Assembly (NCBI GenBank): GCA_028826165.1
Contig: JAPDFW010000017.1
Location: 1-64,000, forward strand
From: Anaeramoeba ignava BMAN
Lineage: Eukaryota; Protista; Anaeramoebae
Direction: 5' to 3'
DNA length: 64,000 bases
Of the stretch, positions 1 to 13,269 are shown in pieces. Below the pieces are notes generated by a model. The model saw only the letters and a list, made by a program, of their open reading frames with translations, had not been told where the DNA came from and ran no database searches. The stretch's first letter is position 1, and each line of letters starts with the position of its first letter. A program made the position numbers and the translations under genes.

Positions 1-892
1 ATATTCATTTTTGATTTATTATTTTTCATTTCAAATTTATATATTTTTATTTTTCCTAAATTCATAAAAATAAATTAAAATGAATTAAATCAAAAATAAT
101 TTAATTTATTTATTTATTTATTTATTTATTTATTTTTTATTTATTTATTTATAAATAAAATATAAATATGAATTGAAATTAAAAATGAAATTTTGAATAA
201 AAGAAATATTAATTATTCCAAAAAAATGGAAAGAATTAGAAAATCAAATCAAAAAAATATTTAATAAATAAAATATATTTTTATTTATATATTTTTATTC
301 ATATTTTTATATTTTTATTTTATTTTTGGATTGAAAATGAAAATAATAATAAATGAAAAAGAAATAAATGTTAATTCATTATTTCAAAAATAGAAAATAA
401 AATTTAATAAAATTTATATTTATATTTATATTTATATATTTTCAAATAATATCAATACAAAATCATAAAAATCAATTAAAAATTAAATGATAAAAATATT
501 TTATTAGATAATTTGCAAATATTAAATTTTTGTAAATTATTATTTGATTGAATTTGTTATTAAAAATAAAAATTAAAATTAAAAATAATAAAATTATTAA
601 ATAAATTATATTTAAAATAGAATGAAATTAATAAATAAATAAATAAATAATATTAAATTAAATATATTAAATAGAAATTAATATTTATTATAAATAATGA
701 ATATTAATAAATTATTAATTAGATATAAATTTATAATCTAAATTTGAATAAATTATATATATTCAATACATTTGTGAGTTATAAATATTTTTTAAAAATT
801 TGAATACATATTTGAATAAACTTGATTCAATAAATTTTATCTAAAATTGCAAATAATCACTTTTCTTTTCTCTTCAATTCAAAACTCATTTT

Positions 893-900
893 GCGGGAAA
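893..900 (-). promoter_or_regulatory. E2F-consensus site TTTCCCGC
   Basis: GCGGGAAA on + matches TTTSSCGC on -. It lies in a non-repetitive stretch where CpG is otherwise nearly absent. Confidence 0.3.
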
Positions 901-1195
901 AAAGAAAAAAAATCAAAAATCAAGAAAAAAAAAGAAAAATTGAGTAAATTAATCAAATCAATAAAATGTTTTTTTAAATTGAATAAATTAAAATTATTTT
1001 TTTTCCCTTCTCTTTCATTTTTATTAGATTCATTCATTTTTTTTTGCAAATTAATTTGTTTTTCTCTCAACTAAACCCTTATTAAGAATCAAAAATTATA
1101 TTTAATTTAAAATCAAAAATTTGAAAAAAAAAAATTTCATTTATTCCATTATCTTCAATAAAGAAATGAAATTTAACTGATCTGTTTTAATCCTT

Positions 1196-1399
1196 TTAGG
1201 AAATATTTCTCTCTTTTTTCTTGATTGGATATTTTTGATTTTTCTTTTTATTTTGATTTCCTGAAAACTTGTTTGAATGTGAGAATATATTTTTTATTTT
1301 TTCAAAGTTTTTTCTTTGTTTATTTTGAATTGTTTCTGTCTTTTTTATTGTTTCAAAGTTTTTGTTTTTGTTTTTGTTTTTGTTGTTGAAAATGTTATT
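1196..1399 (-). pseudogene. Possible exon fragment of an unknown N/K-rich protein
   Basis: 67 stop-free codons (NNIFNNKNKNK...FEKIKNIFSHSNKFSGNQNKKKNQKYPIKKKERNIS*), with a pyrimidine-CTAG acceptor-like site near 1416-1428 on -. No recognisable domain. Confidence 0.2.
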
Positions 1400-1599
1400 T
1401 TATTCTGATTACAAACTAGAAAAAAAAATTTTACAATCAAATCCCATTTTTTTTTAATCTTAAATAACAATAAATCTCATAACAAAAGAAATTAATATAC
1501 ACAATCATCAAGAAAATTAATTCAGATTTATTCTCTTAAAACATCTAATTTTATTTTTTTTTTCATTTTTCATTTTTTTGATTGATTATCCTATTAAAT

Positions 1600-2840
1600 T
1601 TAAATTTAATAAATAAATTAAATATAATAAATAGATATAAATATTAATTATAAATAATGAATATAAATAAAATATTTATTAATTATTAATTAATTATTAA
1701 TATAAATATTTATATTAATATGTAATCTAAATTTAACAAATTAAAAATTAAAATAAAATTAAATTAATTATATTTAAAATAAATTGAATAAATAAATTAA
1801 ATATAATAAATAGATATAAATATCAATTATAAATAATGAATATAAATAAAATATTAATTAATTATTAATTAATTATTAATATAAATATTTATATTAATTT
1901 ACAATCTAAATTTAACAAATTAAAAATTAAATTAAAATTAAATTAATCATATTTAAAATAAATTTAATAAATTAATTAAATATAATAAATAGATATAAAT
2001 ATTAATTATAAATAATTAATATAAATAAAATATTTATTAATTATTAATTAATTATTAATATAAATATTTATATTAATATGTAATCTAAATTTATCAAATT
2101 AAAAATTAAATTAAAATTAAATTAATTATATTTAAAATAAATTTAATAAATAAATTAAATATAATAAATAGATATAAATATTAATTATAAATAATGAATA
2201 TAAATAAAATATTTATTAATTATTAATTAATTATTAATATAAATATTTATATTAATTGTAATCTAAATTTATCAAATTAAAAATTAAAATAAAATTAAAT
2301 TAATCATATTTAAAATAAAATGAATAAATAAATTAAATATAATAAATAGATATAAATATTAATTATAAATAATGAATATAAATAAAATATTAATTAAATA
2401 TTAATTAAATACTAATATAAATATTAATATTAATATGTAATCTAAATTTATCAAATTAAAAATTAAAATAAAATTAAATTAATCATATTTAAAATAAATT
2501 TAATAAATAAATTAAATATAATAAATAGATATAAATATTAATTATAAATAATGAATATAAATAAAATATTTATTAATTATTAATTAATTATTAATATAAA
2601 TATTTATATTAATATGTAATCTAAATTTATCAAATTAAAAATTAAAATAAAATTAAATTAATCATATTTAAAATAAAATGAATAAATAAATTAAATATAA
2701 TAAATAAATATAAATATTAATTATAAATAATGAATATAAATAAAATATTAATTAATTATTAATTAATTACTAATATAAATATTAATATTAATTTGTAATC
2801 TAAATTTATCAAATTAAAAATTAAAATAAAATTAAATTAA
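1600..2840. repeat. Satellite S1, 179 bp monomer, ~7 copies
   Basis: TAGATATAAA anchor at 1632, 1811, 1990, 2169, 2347, 2526. Confidence 0.95.
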
Positions 2841-3179
2841 AAATAAATTGAATATAATTGAATAGATATTAATAATAATTATTTGTTATTTAATATTTTT
2901 TAGATTGATTTTTCCAATAATTTATAATTAAATATTAATTTAAATTTTAAATAAAAAATTAATTAAAAAAAAATTTAATTAAATTTTAAATTAAAAAATA
3001 AATAAAAAGGGGAAAAAATAATTATTTTTCTCTTTTATCCTTTTTTTATTTTTTCTCCTTTTTATTTATTTTTTTTCTCCTTTTTATTTTTAATTAAAAA
3101 ATTCATTAGTTCAATTATTTCCTTTTTTTTTTGTTTTTTTGTTTTTTTGTTTTTATAATAATTTTATTTCAAAATTATT

Positions 3180-4056
3180 AAATTAATTATATTTAAAATA
3201 AATTGAATAAATATAATAAATATAATAAATAGATATAAATATTAATTATAAATAATGAATATAAATAAAATATTAATTAATTATTAATTAATTATTAATA
3301 TAAATATTTATATTAATATGTAATCTAAATTTAACAAATTAAAAATTAAAATAAAATTAAATTAATCATATTTAAAATAAATTTAATAAATTAATTAAAT
3401 ATAATAAATAGATATAAATATTAATTATAAATAATGAATATAAATAAAATATTAATTAATTATTAATTAAATATAATTATAAATATTTATATTAATTTGT
3501 AATCTAAATTTATCAAATTAAAAATTAAAATAAAATTAAATTAATCATATTTAAAATAAATTGAATAAATTAATTTAATATAATAAATAGATATAAATAT
3601 TAATTATAAATAATGAATATAAATAAAATATTAATAAAATATTAATTAAATATAAATATAAATATTTATATTAATATGTAATCTAAATTTAACAAATTAA
3701 AAAAATCAAATTAAAATTAAATTAATCATATTTAAAATAAATTTAATAAATTAATTAAATATAATAAATAAATATAAATATCAATTATAAATAATGAATA
3801 TAAATAAAATATTAATTAATTATTAATTAATTATTAATATAAATATTAATATTAATTTGTAATCTAAATTTAACAAATTAAAAATTAAAATAAAATTAAA
3901 TTAATCATATTTAAAATAAATTGAATAAATTAATTAAATATAATAAATAGATATAAATATTAATTATAAATAATGAATATAAATAAAATATTTATTAAAT
4001 ATTAATTAATTATTAATATAAATATTTATATTAATATGTAATCTAAATTTAACAAA
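3180..4056. repeat. Satellite S1, ~5 copies
   Basis: Anchor at 3230, 3409, 3588, 3769 (variant), 3948. Confidence 0.95.
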
Positions 4057-4117
4057 TAAATAAATAAAAAATCATTTCTTTTTATTTTATTTATTGGAAA
4101 TAGAAATAGAAATAGAA

Positions 4118-4358
4118 ATATAAATATAAATGAAAATATAAATATAAATTCAAATATAAATATAAATATAAACATAAATATAAATATAAATATAAATATA
4201 AATATAAATATAAATATAAATATAAATATAAATATAAATATAAATATAAATATAAATATAAATATAAATATAAATATAAATATAAATATAAATATAAATA
4301 TAAATATAAATATAAATATAAATATAAATATAAATATAAATATAAATATAAATATAAA
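4118..4358. repeat. (TAAATA)n microsatellite
   Basis: Near-perfect hexamer run. Shorter runs of the same unit at ~8640-8680, ~9615-9650, ~24040-24090 and ~25060-25110. Confidence 0.97.
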
Positions 4359-5124
4359 TTATGTGTTATTTGTCTTCTTAAATGAAAATAAATCAATTCA
4401 TTTGTTTTGTAAATTATTCATTCAATAGTTTCTAAATCATTTTTAAAAGCCAAATAAATAAATATCAAATCAATCTGAAAATAAATCTAAAAATAAATCT
4501 TAAAAATAAATCTAAAAATAAATCTGAAAATCAATCTGAAAATAAATCTGAAAATAAATCTTAAAATCAATCTGAAAATAAATCTGAAAATCAATCTGAA
4601 AATCAATCTTAAAATAAATCTGAAAATCAATCAATTTATTTTTCGTTATTTTTGTTTTAAATTATCAACAACAACAAGAACAATAACAACAATAAGAAAT
4701 TTCCTTCAATAAATGTAAATTAAAATTAAAATTAAAAATTAAAAATTTAGAATTAATATTAATAAATTTATTTTGTTAATGAATAGTTTTTTTGTTTTGA
4801 TTATTTATATTGAAAGAAAAATTAATATTAATATTATTATTATTAATATTAATATTGATTATTTTTTGATTTTTTGATTTTTTGATATTTTAAATAAATA
4901 AAAAGATTTTGTTAATTATTTTTGAATCTTGTATTAATTAATTTAGAATCAATTAATTAATTAATTAATTAATTATAAATTCTTTTCATTTTTGATTTTT
5001 GATTTTTGATTTTATAAAGATTACATTAATTAAAATGTTTTTGAAAGTGAATTTTTGTTTTTGTTTTTAAAAAATAAAAGCACTAATCAAAATTTTCAAT
5101 TTAAAACCTATTTAACCTAATAAA

Positions 5125-5925
5125 AAATAATAGAAATAAATAATAAATTTAAATTTATTATTTAATTATTTATAATTGAAATAAAAATAATAAAAATATT
5201 TAATTAAATAATTAATAATAAAAATAAATAATAAAAATAATTTTATAATTTAAAATAAATATAAAATTATTAATAGAAATAAAATAATAAATTTAAATTT
5301 ATTATTTAATTATTTATAATTGAAATAAAAATAAAATTAAATTTTTAATTAAATAATTAATAATAAAAATAAATAATAAAATATAATTTCATAATTTAAA
5401 TTAAATATAAAATTAATAATAGAAATAAAATAATTAATTTAAATTTATTATTTAATTATTTATAATTGAAATAAAAGTAATAAAAATATTTAATTAAATA
5501 ATTAATAATAAAAATAAATAATAAAAATATAATTTTATAATTTAAAAATAAATATAAAATTAATAATAGAAATAAAATAAATAATTTAAATTTATTATTT
5601 AATTATTTATAATTGAAATAAAAATAATAAAAATATTTAATTAAATAATTAATAATAAAAATAAATAATAAAATATAATTTTATAATTTAAAAAAAAATA
5701 TAAAATAAAATAATAGAAATAAAATAATTAATTTAAATTTATTATTTAATTATTTATAATTGAAATAAAAATAATAAAAATATTTAATTAAATAATTAAT
5801 AATAAAAATAAATAATAAAAATAATTTTATAAATTAAAATAAATATAAAATAAATAATAGAAATAAAATAATTAATTTAAATTTATTATTTAATTATTTA
5901 TAATTGAAATAAAAATAAAATTAAA
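5125..5925. repeat. Satellite S2, ~146 bp monomer
   Basis: TAGAAAT anchor at 5131, 5274, 5420, 5567, 5714, 5858. Confidence 0.95.
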
Positions 5926-6551
5926 TTTTTAAATTTTTAAGTAAATAAATAAATAAATAAATTTACTTTTGAATTGAATTGGATTGAATTGGATTGGATT
6001 GAATATTTTATTCTCTTATGAGATTTCCTTTCATTTTATTGATATTATTTTTATTTTTATAATTATTCTTTGAGAAAAAAAAATGAAAAAAATGAAAAAA
6101 ATGAAAAAAATGAAAAATGAAAATTAGAAATAATTTATTTATTAATTAATTAATGATATTTTCCAAATCAAAATTTATTTCAAAACAAATAATAAAAACA
6201 AAAATAATTTAGAATAATAAATGAATAAATAAATAAATAAATAAATAATCAGATAAATTGAATCTAATCTAAATGAAGTGAAAAAGAAGTTTCATTAATT
6301 CAATAAATAAATAAATAATTAATTAATTAATTTTGGTAAATTGTGGATTATAAATAATGATTTTTTTTTTGGAAGAATTGAAAATGAATAAAATAAACAT
6401 TTTATCTAATATAAATATAAGTAAAATAAATTAATTTATAAATTATTAAATTTTGTGAATTAAAATAAACTTACAAGTAAATTAGTTAATAAAGTAGTTT
6501 TGGATTTAGTTATTAAATTGACTTCTTTTTTTTTTTTTTGAATTTTTTTTT

Positions 6552-7855
6552 GAAATAAAAATAATAAATTAAATAATTAATAATAAAAATAAATAATAAA
6601 AAATAATTTTATAAATTAAAATAAATATAAAATTAATAATAGAAATAAAATAATTAATTTAAATTTATTATTTAATTATTTATAATTGAAATAAAAATAA
6701 TAAAAATAATTAATTAAATAATTAATAATAAAAATAAATAATAAAATATAATTTTATAATTTGAAATAAATATAAAATTAATAATAGAAATAAAATAATA
6801 AATTTAAATTTATTATTTAATTATTTATAATTGAAATAAAAATAATAAAAATAATAAATTAAATAATTAATAATAAAAATAAATAATAAAATATAATTTT
6901 ATAAATTAAAATAAATATAAAATAATTAATAGAAATAAAATAATTAATTTAAATTTATTATTTAATTATTTATAATTGAAATAAAAATAATAAAAATAAT
7001 TAAATTAAATAATTAATAATAAAAATAAATAATAAAATATAATTTTATAATTTAAATTAAATATAAATTAAATAATAGAAATAAAATAATTAATTTAAAT
7101 TTATTATTTAATTATTTATAATTGAAATAAAAATAATAAAATATTTAATTAAATAATTAATAATAAAAATAAATAATAAAAATAATTTTATAATTTGGAA
7201 ATAAATATAAAATTAATAATAGAAATAAAATAAATAATTTAAATTTATTATTTAATTATTTATAATTGAAATAAAAATAATAAAAATATTTAATTAAATA
7301 ATTAATAATAAAAATAAATAATAAAATATAGTTTTATAATTTAAAATGAATATAAAATTAATAATAGAAATAAAATAATTAACTTAAATTTATTATTTAA
7401 TTATTTATAATTGAAATAAAAATAATAAAAAATTAATTAAATAATTAATAATAAAAAATAAATAATAAAAATAATTTTATAATTTGAAATAAATATAAAA
7501 TTAATAATAGAAATAAAATAATTAATTTAAATTTATTATTTAATTATTTATAATTGAAATAAAAATAATAAAAATATTTAATTAAATAATTAATAATAAA
7601 AATAAATAATAAAATATAATTTTATAATTTGAAATAAATATAAAATTAATAATAGAAATAAAATAATTAATTTAAATTTATTATTTAATTATTTATAATT
7701 GAAATAAAAATAATAAAAATAATTAATTAAATAATTAATAATAAAAATAAATAATAAAAAATAATTTTATAATTTAAAATAAATATAAAATTAATAATAG
7801 AAATAAAATAATTAATTTAAATTTATTATTTAATTATTTATAATTGAAATAAGAA
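6552..7855. repeat. Satellite S2, ~9 copies
   Basis: Same monomer as 5125-5925. Confidence 0.93.
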
Positions 7856-8677
7856 TTTAAATTAAATTTTTAAATTGTAAATAAATAAATAAATAAATTA
7901 ATAATCTAAATTTACTTTTAAATTAAATTGAATTGAATATTTTTTTAGTGTTTGGTGTTTCCTTTCATTTTCTAAAGGTAATTTTTATATTTATATTTAT
8001 ATTTATAAATATTCTTTGAAAAGAAAAAAAAATGAAAAATGAAAAATGAAAAATGAATTTGGAAATTTAAAAATAAAAATTATTAAAAAACAAAAACAAA
8101 AACAAAAACAAAAAACAAAAAATGAATTAGAAATAAATTATTGATTTATTTTATTTTATTATTTATTAATCAATTAATGATATTTTCCAAAATCAAAATC
8201 AAAATTTATTTAAATTTAAAAATAAAAATAAAAATAAATAAATAAAGTAATTTAAAATGATAAATAATTTAGAATAATAGATAAATCTAATTTAATCTAA
8301 TCTAATCTAATTTAATTGAAAAAAGAAATTCCATTAATTAATTTTGATAAATTATAATTATAAATAATGATAGATATTAATAAATATAAATTTAGATTTT
8401 TTTTGGAATTATTTTTATTTTGGAAATGAAGATGAATAAAATAAAATAAAATAAAATAAAATAAACATTTTATCTAATATAAATATAAATATAAAAATAA
8501 AATAGAATAAATATTAATTATAAATAGAATAAAATTAATTAATTTATTTTATTTTTGGAAATTAAAATAAATTTACAAATAATAAATTAGTTAATAAAGT
8601 AATTTTTGGATTTAGATATTAAATTTACTTGAAATAAAATATAAATATAAAATATAAATATAAATATAAATATAAAT

Positions 8678-8850
8678 ATAAGAAAGGATCATATCGCGTA
8701 CTTTGTCGTTTTTCGAGTAAATGCCCCAATGTCTTTCAACTTCACCTCCCCCAATGCACCGGCCTTCGGCCTCTCCGCTACGCTACGGCGGGGAGGCTCA
8801 GTTGACGACTTGGGGCTTTACACGAAGACGACAAATGTCGCGTTTCTTAT
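8678..8850. ncRNA. GC island A, copy 1: ~170 nt rod-like hairpin, candidate structured RNA or DNA element
   Basis: CGCGTACTTTGTCGTTTTTCGAGTAAATGCCCCAATGTCTTTCAACT pairs with AGTTGACGACTTGGGGCTTTACACGAAGACGACAAATGTCGCG. Inner CCTCCCC/GGGGAGG helix, outer ATAAGAAA/TTTCTTAT helix. The fold is visible; the function is unknown. Confidence 0.5.
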
Positions 8851-8968
8851 TTATTTCTTTTCATTATTGTTCTTATATTGTTCAATTTTGATTAGAATTA
8901 TTAATTATTAAATTGATTTTAAATTGATTTAATTTGGATTGATTAATAATTAATAATTAGAAATAAAT

Positions 8969-9070
8969 AAGGGCGTAGACTCGGGTGAGTATGTTAACAC
9001 CAGCTTTTTCTTTGGGCGGGTGGCTAATTTCAAAGCTTAAAACATTGCCAAAGATGAACATCCCCTTTTT
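8969..9070 (+). other. GC island B, copy 1: ~100 nt element, candidate small RNA or promoter
   Basis: GC-rich patch with AAGGG...CCCTT ends followed by a T-run; internal ACTC/GAGT, TCTTTGG/CCAAAGA and AGCTTT/AAAGCT complementarity; GGGCGGG box. Confidence 0.35.
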
Positions 9071-9764
9071 ATTTTTATATTTTTTATTTTATTTTTATTT
9101 TTATTTTTTATTTTTTTATTTTTTTTTTTTTCAATAGATTTATTTATATATTATATATATAATAAAAAAGAAAAATGAAAGAAGAAGAAAAAAATGAATT
9201 CCACTTTTTAAAAAAAAAATCCACAAAAACATTTTTTTTCCATTTTTCTTTTCAATTTTTTTTATTTAAATTTAGAATAATTTTAATTAAGGAATTGTAT
9301 CTAAATTTCAATTACTTTGAAAGTTTATATTTATATTTATTTTCATTTTCATTTTTTTTTGTTTATATTATTTATTTACTTCAATCTTTTATTATTTATT
9401 TATTTATTTATTTATTAATTAATTAAAATCTAAAATAATTTTTAATTTATAAATAAATAAATAATAAATAAATTAATTAATTAATTACATTCAAAGTTTA
9501 CATGATTTTTATTTTTATTTTGATTTTGATTTTGATTTTGATTTTGATTTCAAAAATGTTAAATAAATAAATAAATAAATAAAAAATCATTTCTTTTTAT
9601 TTTATTTATTGAAAATATAAATATAAATATAAATATAAATATAAATATAAATTATGTGTTATTTGTCTTCTTAAATGAAAATAAATCAATTCATTTGTTT
9701 TGTAAATTATTTATTCAATAGTTTCTAAATCATTTTAAAAGCTAAATAAATAAATATCAAATCA

Positions 9765-10928
9765 GTCTTAAAATAAATCTGAAAATAAATCTTAAAATCA
9801 ATCTGAAAATCAATCTAAAATAAATCTGAAAATCAATCTGAAAATCAATCTGAAAATAAATCTGAAAATCAATCTGAAAATAAATCTGAAAATCAATCTG
9901 AAAATAAATCTGAAAATAAATCTGAAAATCAATCTGAAAATAAATCTGAAAATAAATCTGAAAATCAATCTTAAAATAAATCTTAAAATAAATCTGAAAA
10001 TAAATCTTAAAATAAATCTGAAAATAAATCTGAAAATAAATCTGAAAATCAATCTAAAAATAAATCTTAAAATAAATCTGAAAATAAATCTGAAAATCAA
10101 TCTGAAAATCAATCTAAAAATAAATCTGAAAATAAATCTAAAAATAAAAAAAAATAAAATCTGAAAATCAATCTGAAAAATAAATCTGAAAATAAATCTG
10201 AAAATAAATCTGAAAATAAATCTGAAAATAAATCTGAAAATAAAAAAAAAAATAACTGAAAAAAAATGAAAATCGTTAAAAAATAAAAATAAATTAAAAA
10301 TAAATCAAAAATAAATCTGAAAATAAATCTGAAATAACAATAAAAAATAAATCTGAAAATAAATAAATCTGAAAATAAATCTGAAAATAAATCTGAAAAT
10401 AAATTTAAAATAAATCTAAAATTGAAAATAAATCTTAAAATAAATCTTAAAAAAAATCTGAAAATAAAATAAAAAAAAAAAAATAAATCTGAAAATAAAT
10501 CTGAAAATAAATCTGAAAAATAAAATCAAAATTTAAAAATAAAAAAAATAAAAAAAAAAAAAATTTGAAAATAAATCTGAAAATAAACTGAAAATGAAAA
10601 TTAAATTAAAAATAAAATTAAAATAAAAAAAATCAATTAAAAATAAATTGAAAATAAATCTGAAAAAATAAATCTTGAAAATAAATTAAAAAAAAATAAA
10701 TCTAAAATAAATCTTAAAATAAATCTAAAATAAAATTTAAAAATAAAAAATGAAAATAAATCTGAAAATAATTAAAATAAATAAAATAAATCTTGAAAAT
10801 TTGAAAATAAATCTGAAAATAAATTGAAAATAAATTGAAAATAAAAAAAATAAATCTGAAAATAAAAAAAAATTGAAAATAAATTAAAAATAAAATAAAA
10901 AAATCTAAAAATCAATCTGAAAATCAAT
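9765..10928. repeat. (AATAAATCTGAA)n 12-bp minisatellite, degenerate distally
   Basis: Direct inspection. Shorter arrays at 4470-4632 and 19612-19720. Confidence 0.93.
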
Positions 10929-13269
10929 CAATTTATTTTTCGTTATTTTTGTTTTAAATTATCAACAAGAACAACAACAATAACAACAATAAGAAATTTC
11001 CTTCAATAAATGTAAAATTAAAATTAAAAATTAAAAATTTAGAATTAATATTAATAAATTTATTTTGTTAATGAATAGTTTTTTTGTTTTGATTATTGAT
11101 ATTGAAAGAAAAATTGATTTTAATATTATTATTATTAATATTAATATTGATTTTTGATTTTTAATTTTAAATAAATAAAAAGATTTTGTTAATTATTTTT
11201 GAATCTTAAATTAATTAAAGAATAATTAATTAAATTAAAAATATAAAATTTTGATTTTTGATTTTTGATTTTTGATTTTATAAAGATTACATTAATTAAA
11301 ATGTTTTTGAAAGTGAATATTTTTTTGTTTTTTTGTTTTTAAAAAATAAAAGCACTAATCAAAATTTTCAATTTAAAACCTATTTAACCTAATAAAAAAT
11401 AATAAATAAATATAAAATTAATAATAGAAATAAAATAATTAATTTAAATTTATTATTTAATTATTTATAATTGAAATAAAAATAATAAAAATATTTAATT
11501 AAATAAATAATAATAAAAATAAATAATAAAATATAATTTTATAATTTAAAATAAATATAAAATTAATAATAGAAATAAAATAATTAATTTAAATTTATTA
11601 TTTAATTATTTATAATTGAAATAGAAATAAAATTAAATTTTTAAATTTTTAAGTAAATAAATAAATAAATTTTACTTTTGAATTGAATTGAATTGAATTG
11701 GATTGGATTTTTGGATTGGATTTTATTTTTTTTTTGAGATTTCCTTTCATTTTTTTTTGAAGGTAATTTTTATTTTTATTTTTATTTTTATTTTTATATT
11801 TATTCTTCTAAGAAAAAAAAATGAAAAATGAAAAATGAAAAATGAAAAATGAAAAATGAAAATTAGAAATAATTTATTAATTAATTAATTAATGATATTT
11901 TCCAAATCAAAAATCCATTTATTTATAAATAAAAATATAAATAAAAATAATTTGGAATAAATTAATAAATGAATAATAATAAATAAATAAATAATCAGAT
12001 AAATTGAATCTAATCTAATCTAATCTAATCTAATCTAATCTAAATGAAGTGAAAAAGAAGTTTCATTAATTCAATAAATAAATAAATAAATAATTAATTA
12101 ATTAATTTTGGTAAATTGTGGATTATAAATAATGATTTTTTTTTTGGAAGAATTGAAAATGAATAAAATAAAGATTTTATCTAATATAAATATAAGTAAA
12201 ATTAATTAATTAATTTATAAATTTATAAATTTTGTGAATTAAAATAAACTTACAAGTAAATTAGTTAATAAAGTAGTTTTGGATTTAGATATTAAATTGT
12301 CTTGAAATAAAAAGTTTTCAAAATAAATAAAAATAATTAATTAAATAATTAATAATAAAAATAAATAATAAAATATAATTTTATAATTTAAAATAAATAA
12401 TAAAATTAATAATAGAAATAAAATAAATAAATTTAAATTATTAATAATAAAAAATAATAAATAATAAAATATAATTTTATAATTTAAAATAAATATAAAA
12501 TTAAGAATAGAAATAAAATCAATAATTTAAATTTATTTAATATTTAAAATCAAATAAAATAATAAATAAAATGATAAATATTTTAAAATGAATACAGACA
12601 TTTTAAGGAATTCCAAAAACTTATAAAAAAATTAATAATCAATTTTTTATTTTTTATTTTATTTTTATGGAATATTTTGAATCAATAAAAAAAGAAAAGA
12701 AAAGAAAAAGAAAAATTGGATTTTTAATTTATTTATTTTAGATAAAAATATTAAAAGAAATGAAACAAACAAAACAAAACAAATTTGATGATTTTTTTTT
12801 GTTTCTAAATAAAACATATAAAAATAATATCAATTTGATTTTTTATTTATATTTAGATTTTATTTTCAGAACAAATTATCAATAGATTTTGAATTTTGAA
12901 TTTGGATTTGATTTGAATTTAAATTTTGAATTTAATTTGATTTGATTTGAATTTAAATTTTGATTTAAATTTGATTTAAATTTTGGAAATGAAAAAAAAA
13001 TGAAATGAATTAGAAATAAATTATTGATTGATTATTAATTAATTGATTGATATTTTCCAAATCAAAATTTATTTAATAAAAATAAAATAATTTAAAATAA
13101 TAAATAAATAAATAATAGATAATAATCAGATAAATTGAATCTAAATGAAGTGAAAAAGAAATTTAATTAATTAATTACCTTTGATAAATTATAAATATAA
13201 ATAATGATATAAATAAGTATAAATTTAGATTTTTGAAATTATTGATTTTTTATTTTTGAATTTAAATTT

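Noticed and set aside
847-1074. ORFs 847-1074 (+) and 879-1070 (-)
   Set aside because: Products of A-tracts and T-tracts (poly-K then poly-F); no credible protein.
8678-8850. SRP RNA or U1 snRNA in island A
   Set aside because: No helix 8 SRP54-binding motif with a GNRA loop. GATCA and AATGCAC resemble U1 loops but lack the ACTTACC 5' end, the Sm site and the correct arrangement.
8969-9070. tRNA or 5S rRNA in island B
   Set aside because: A D-arm-like ACTC/GAGT stem and a partial terminal stem exist, but there is no TTC T-loop/B box, no anticodon arm and no 5S conserved blocks on either strand.
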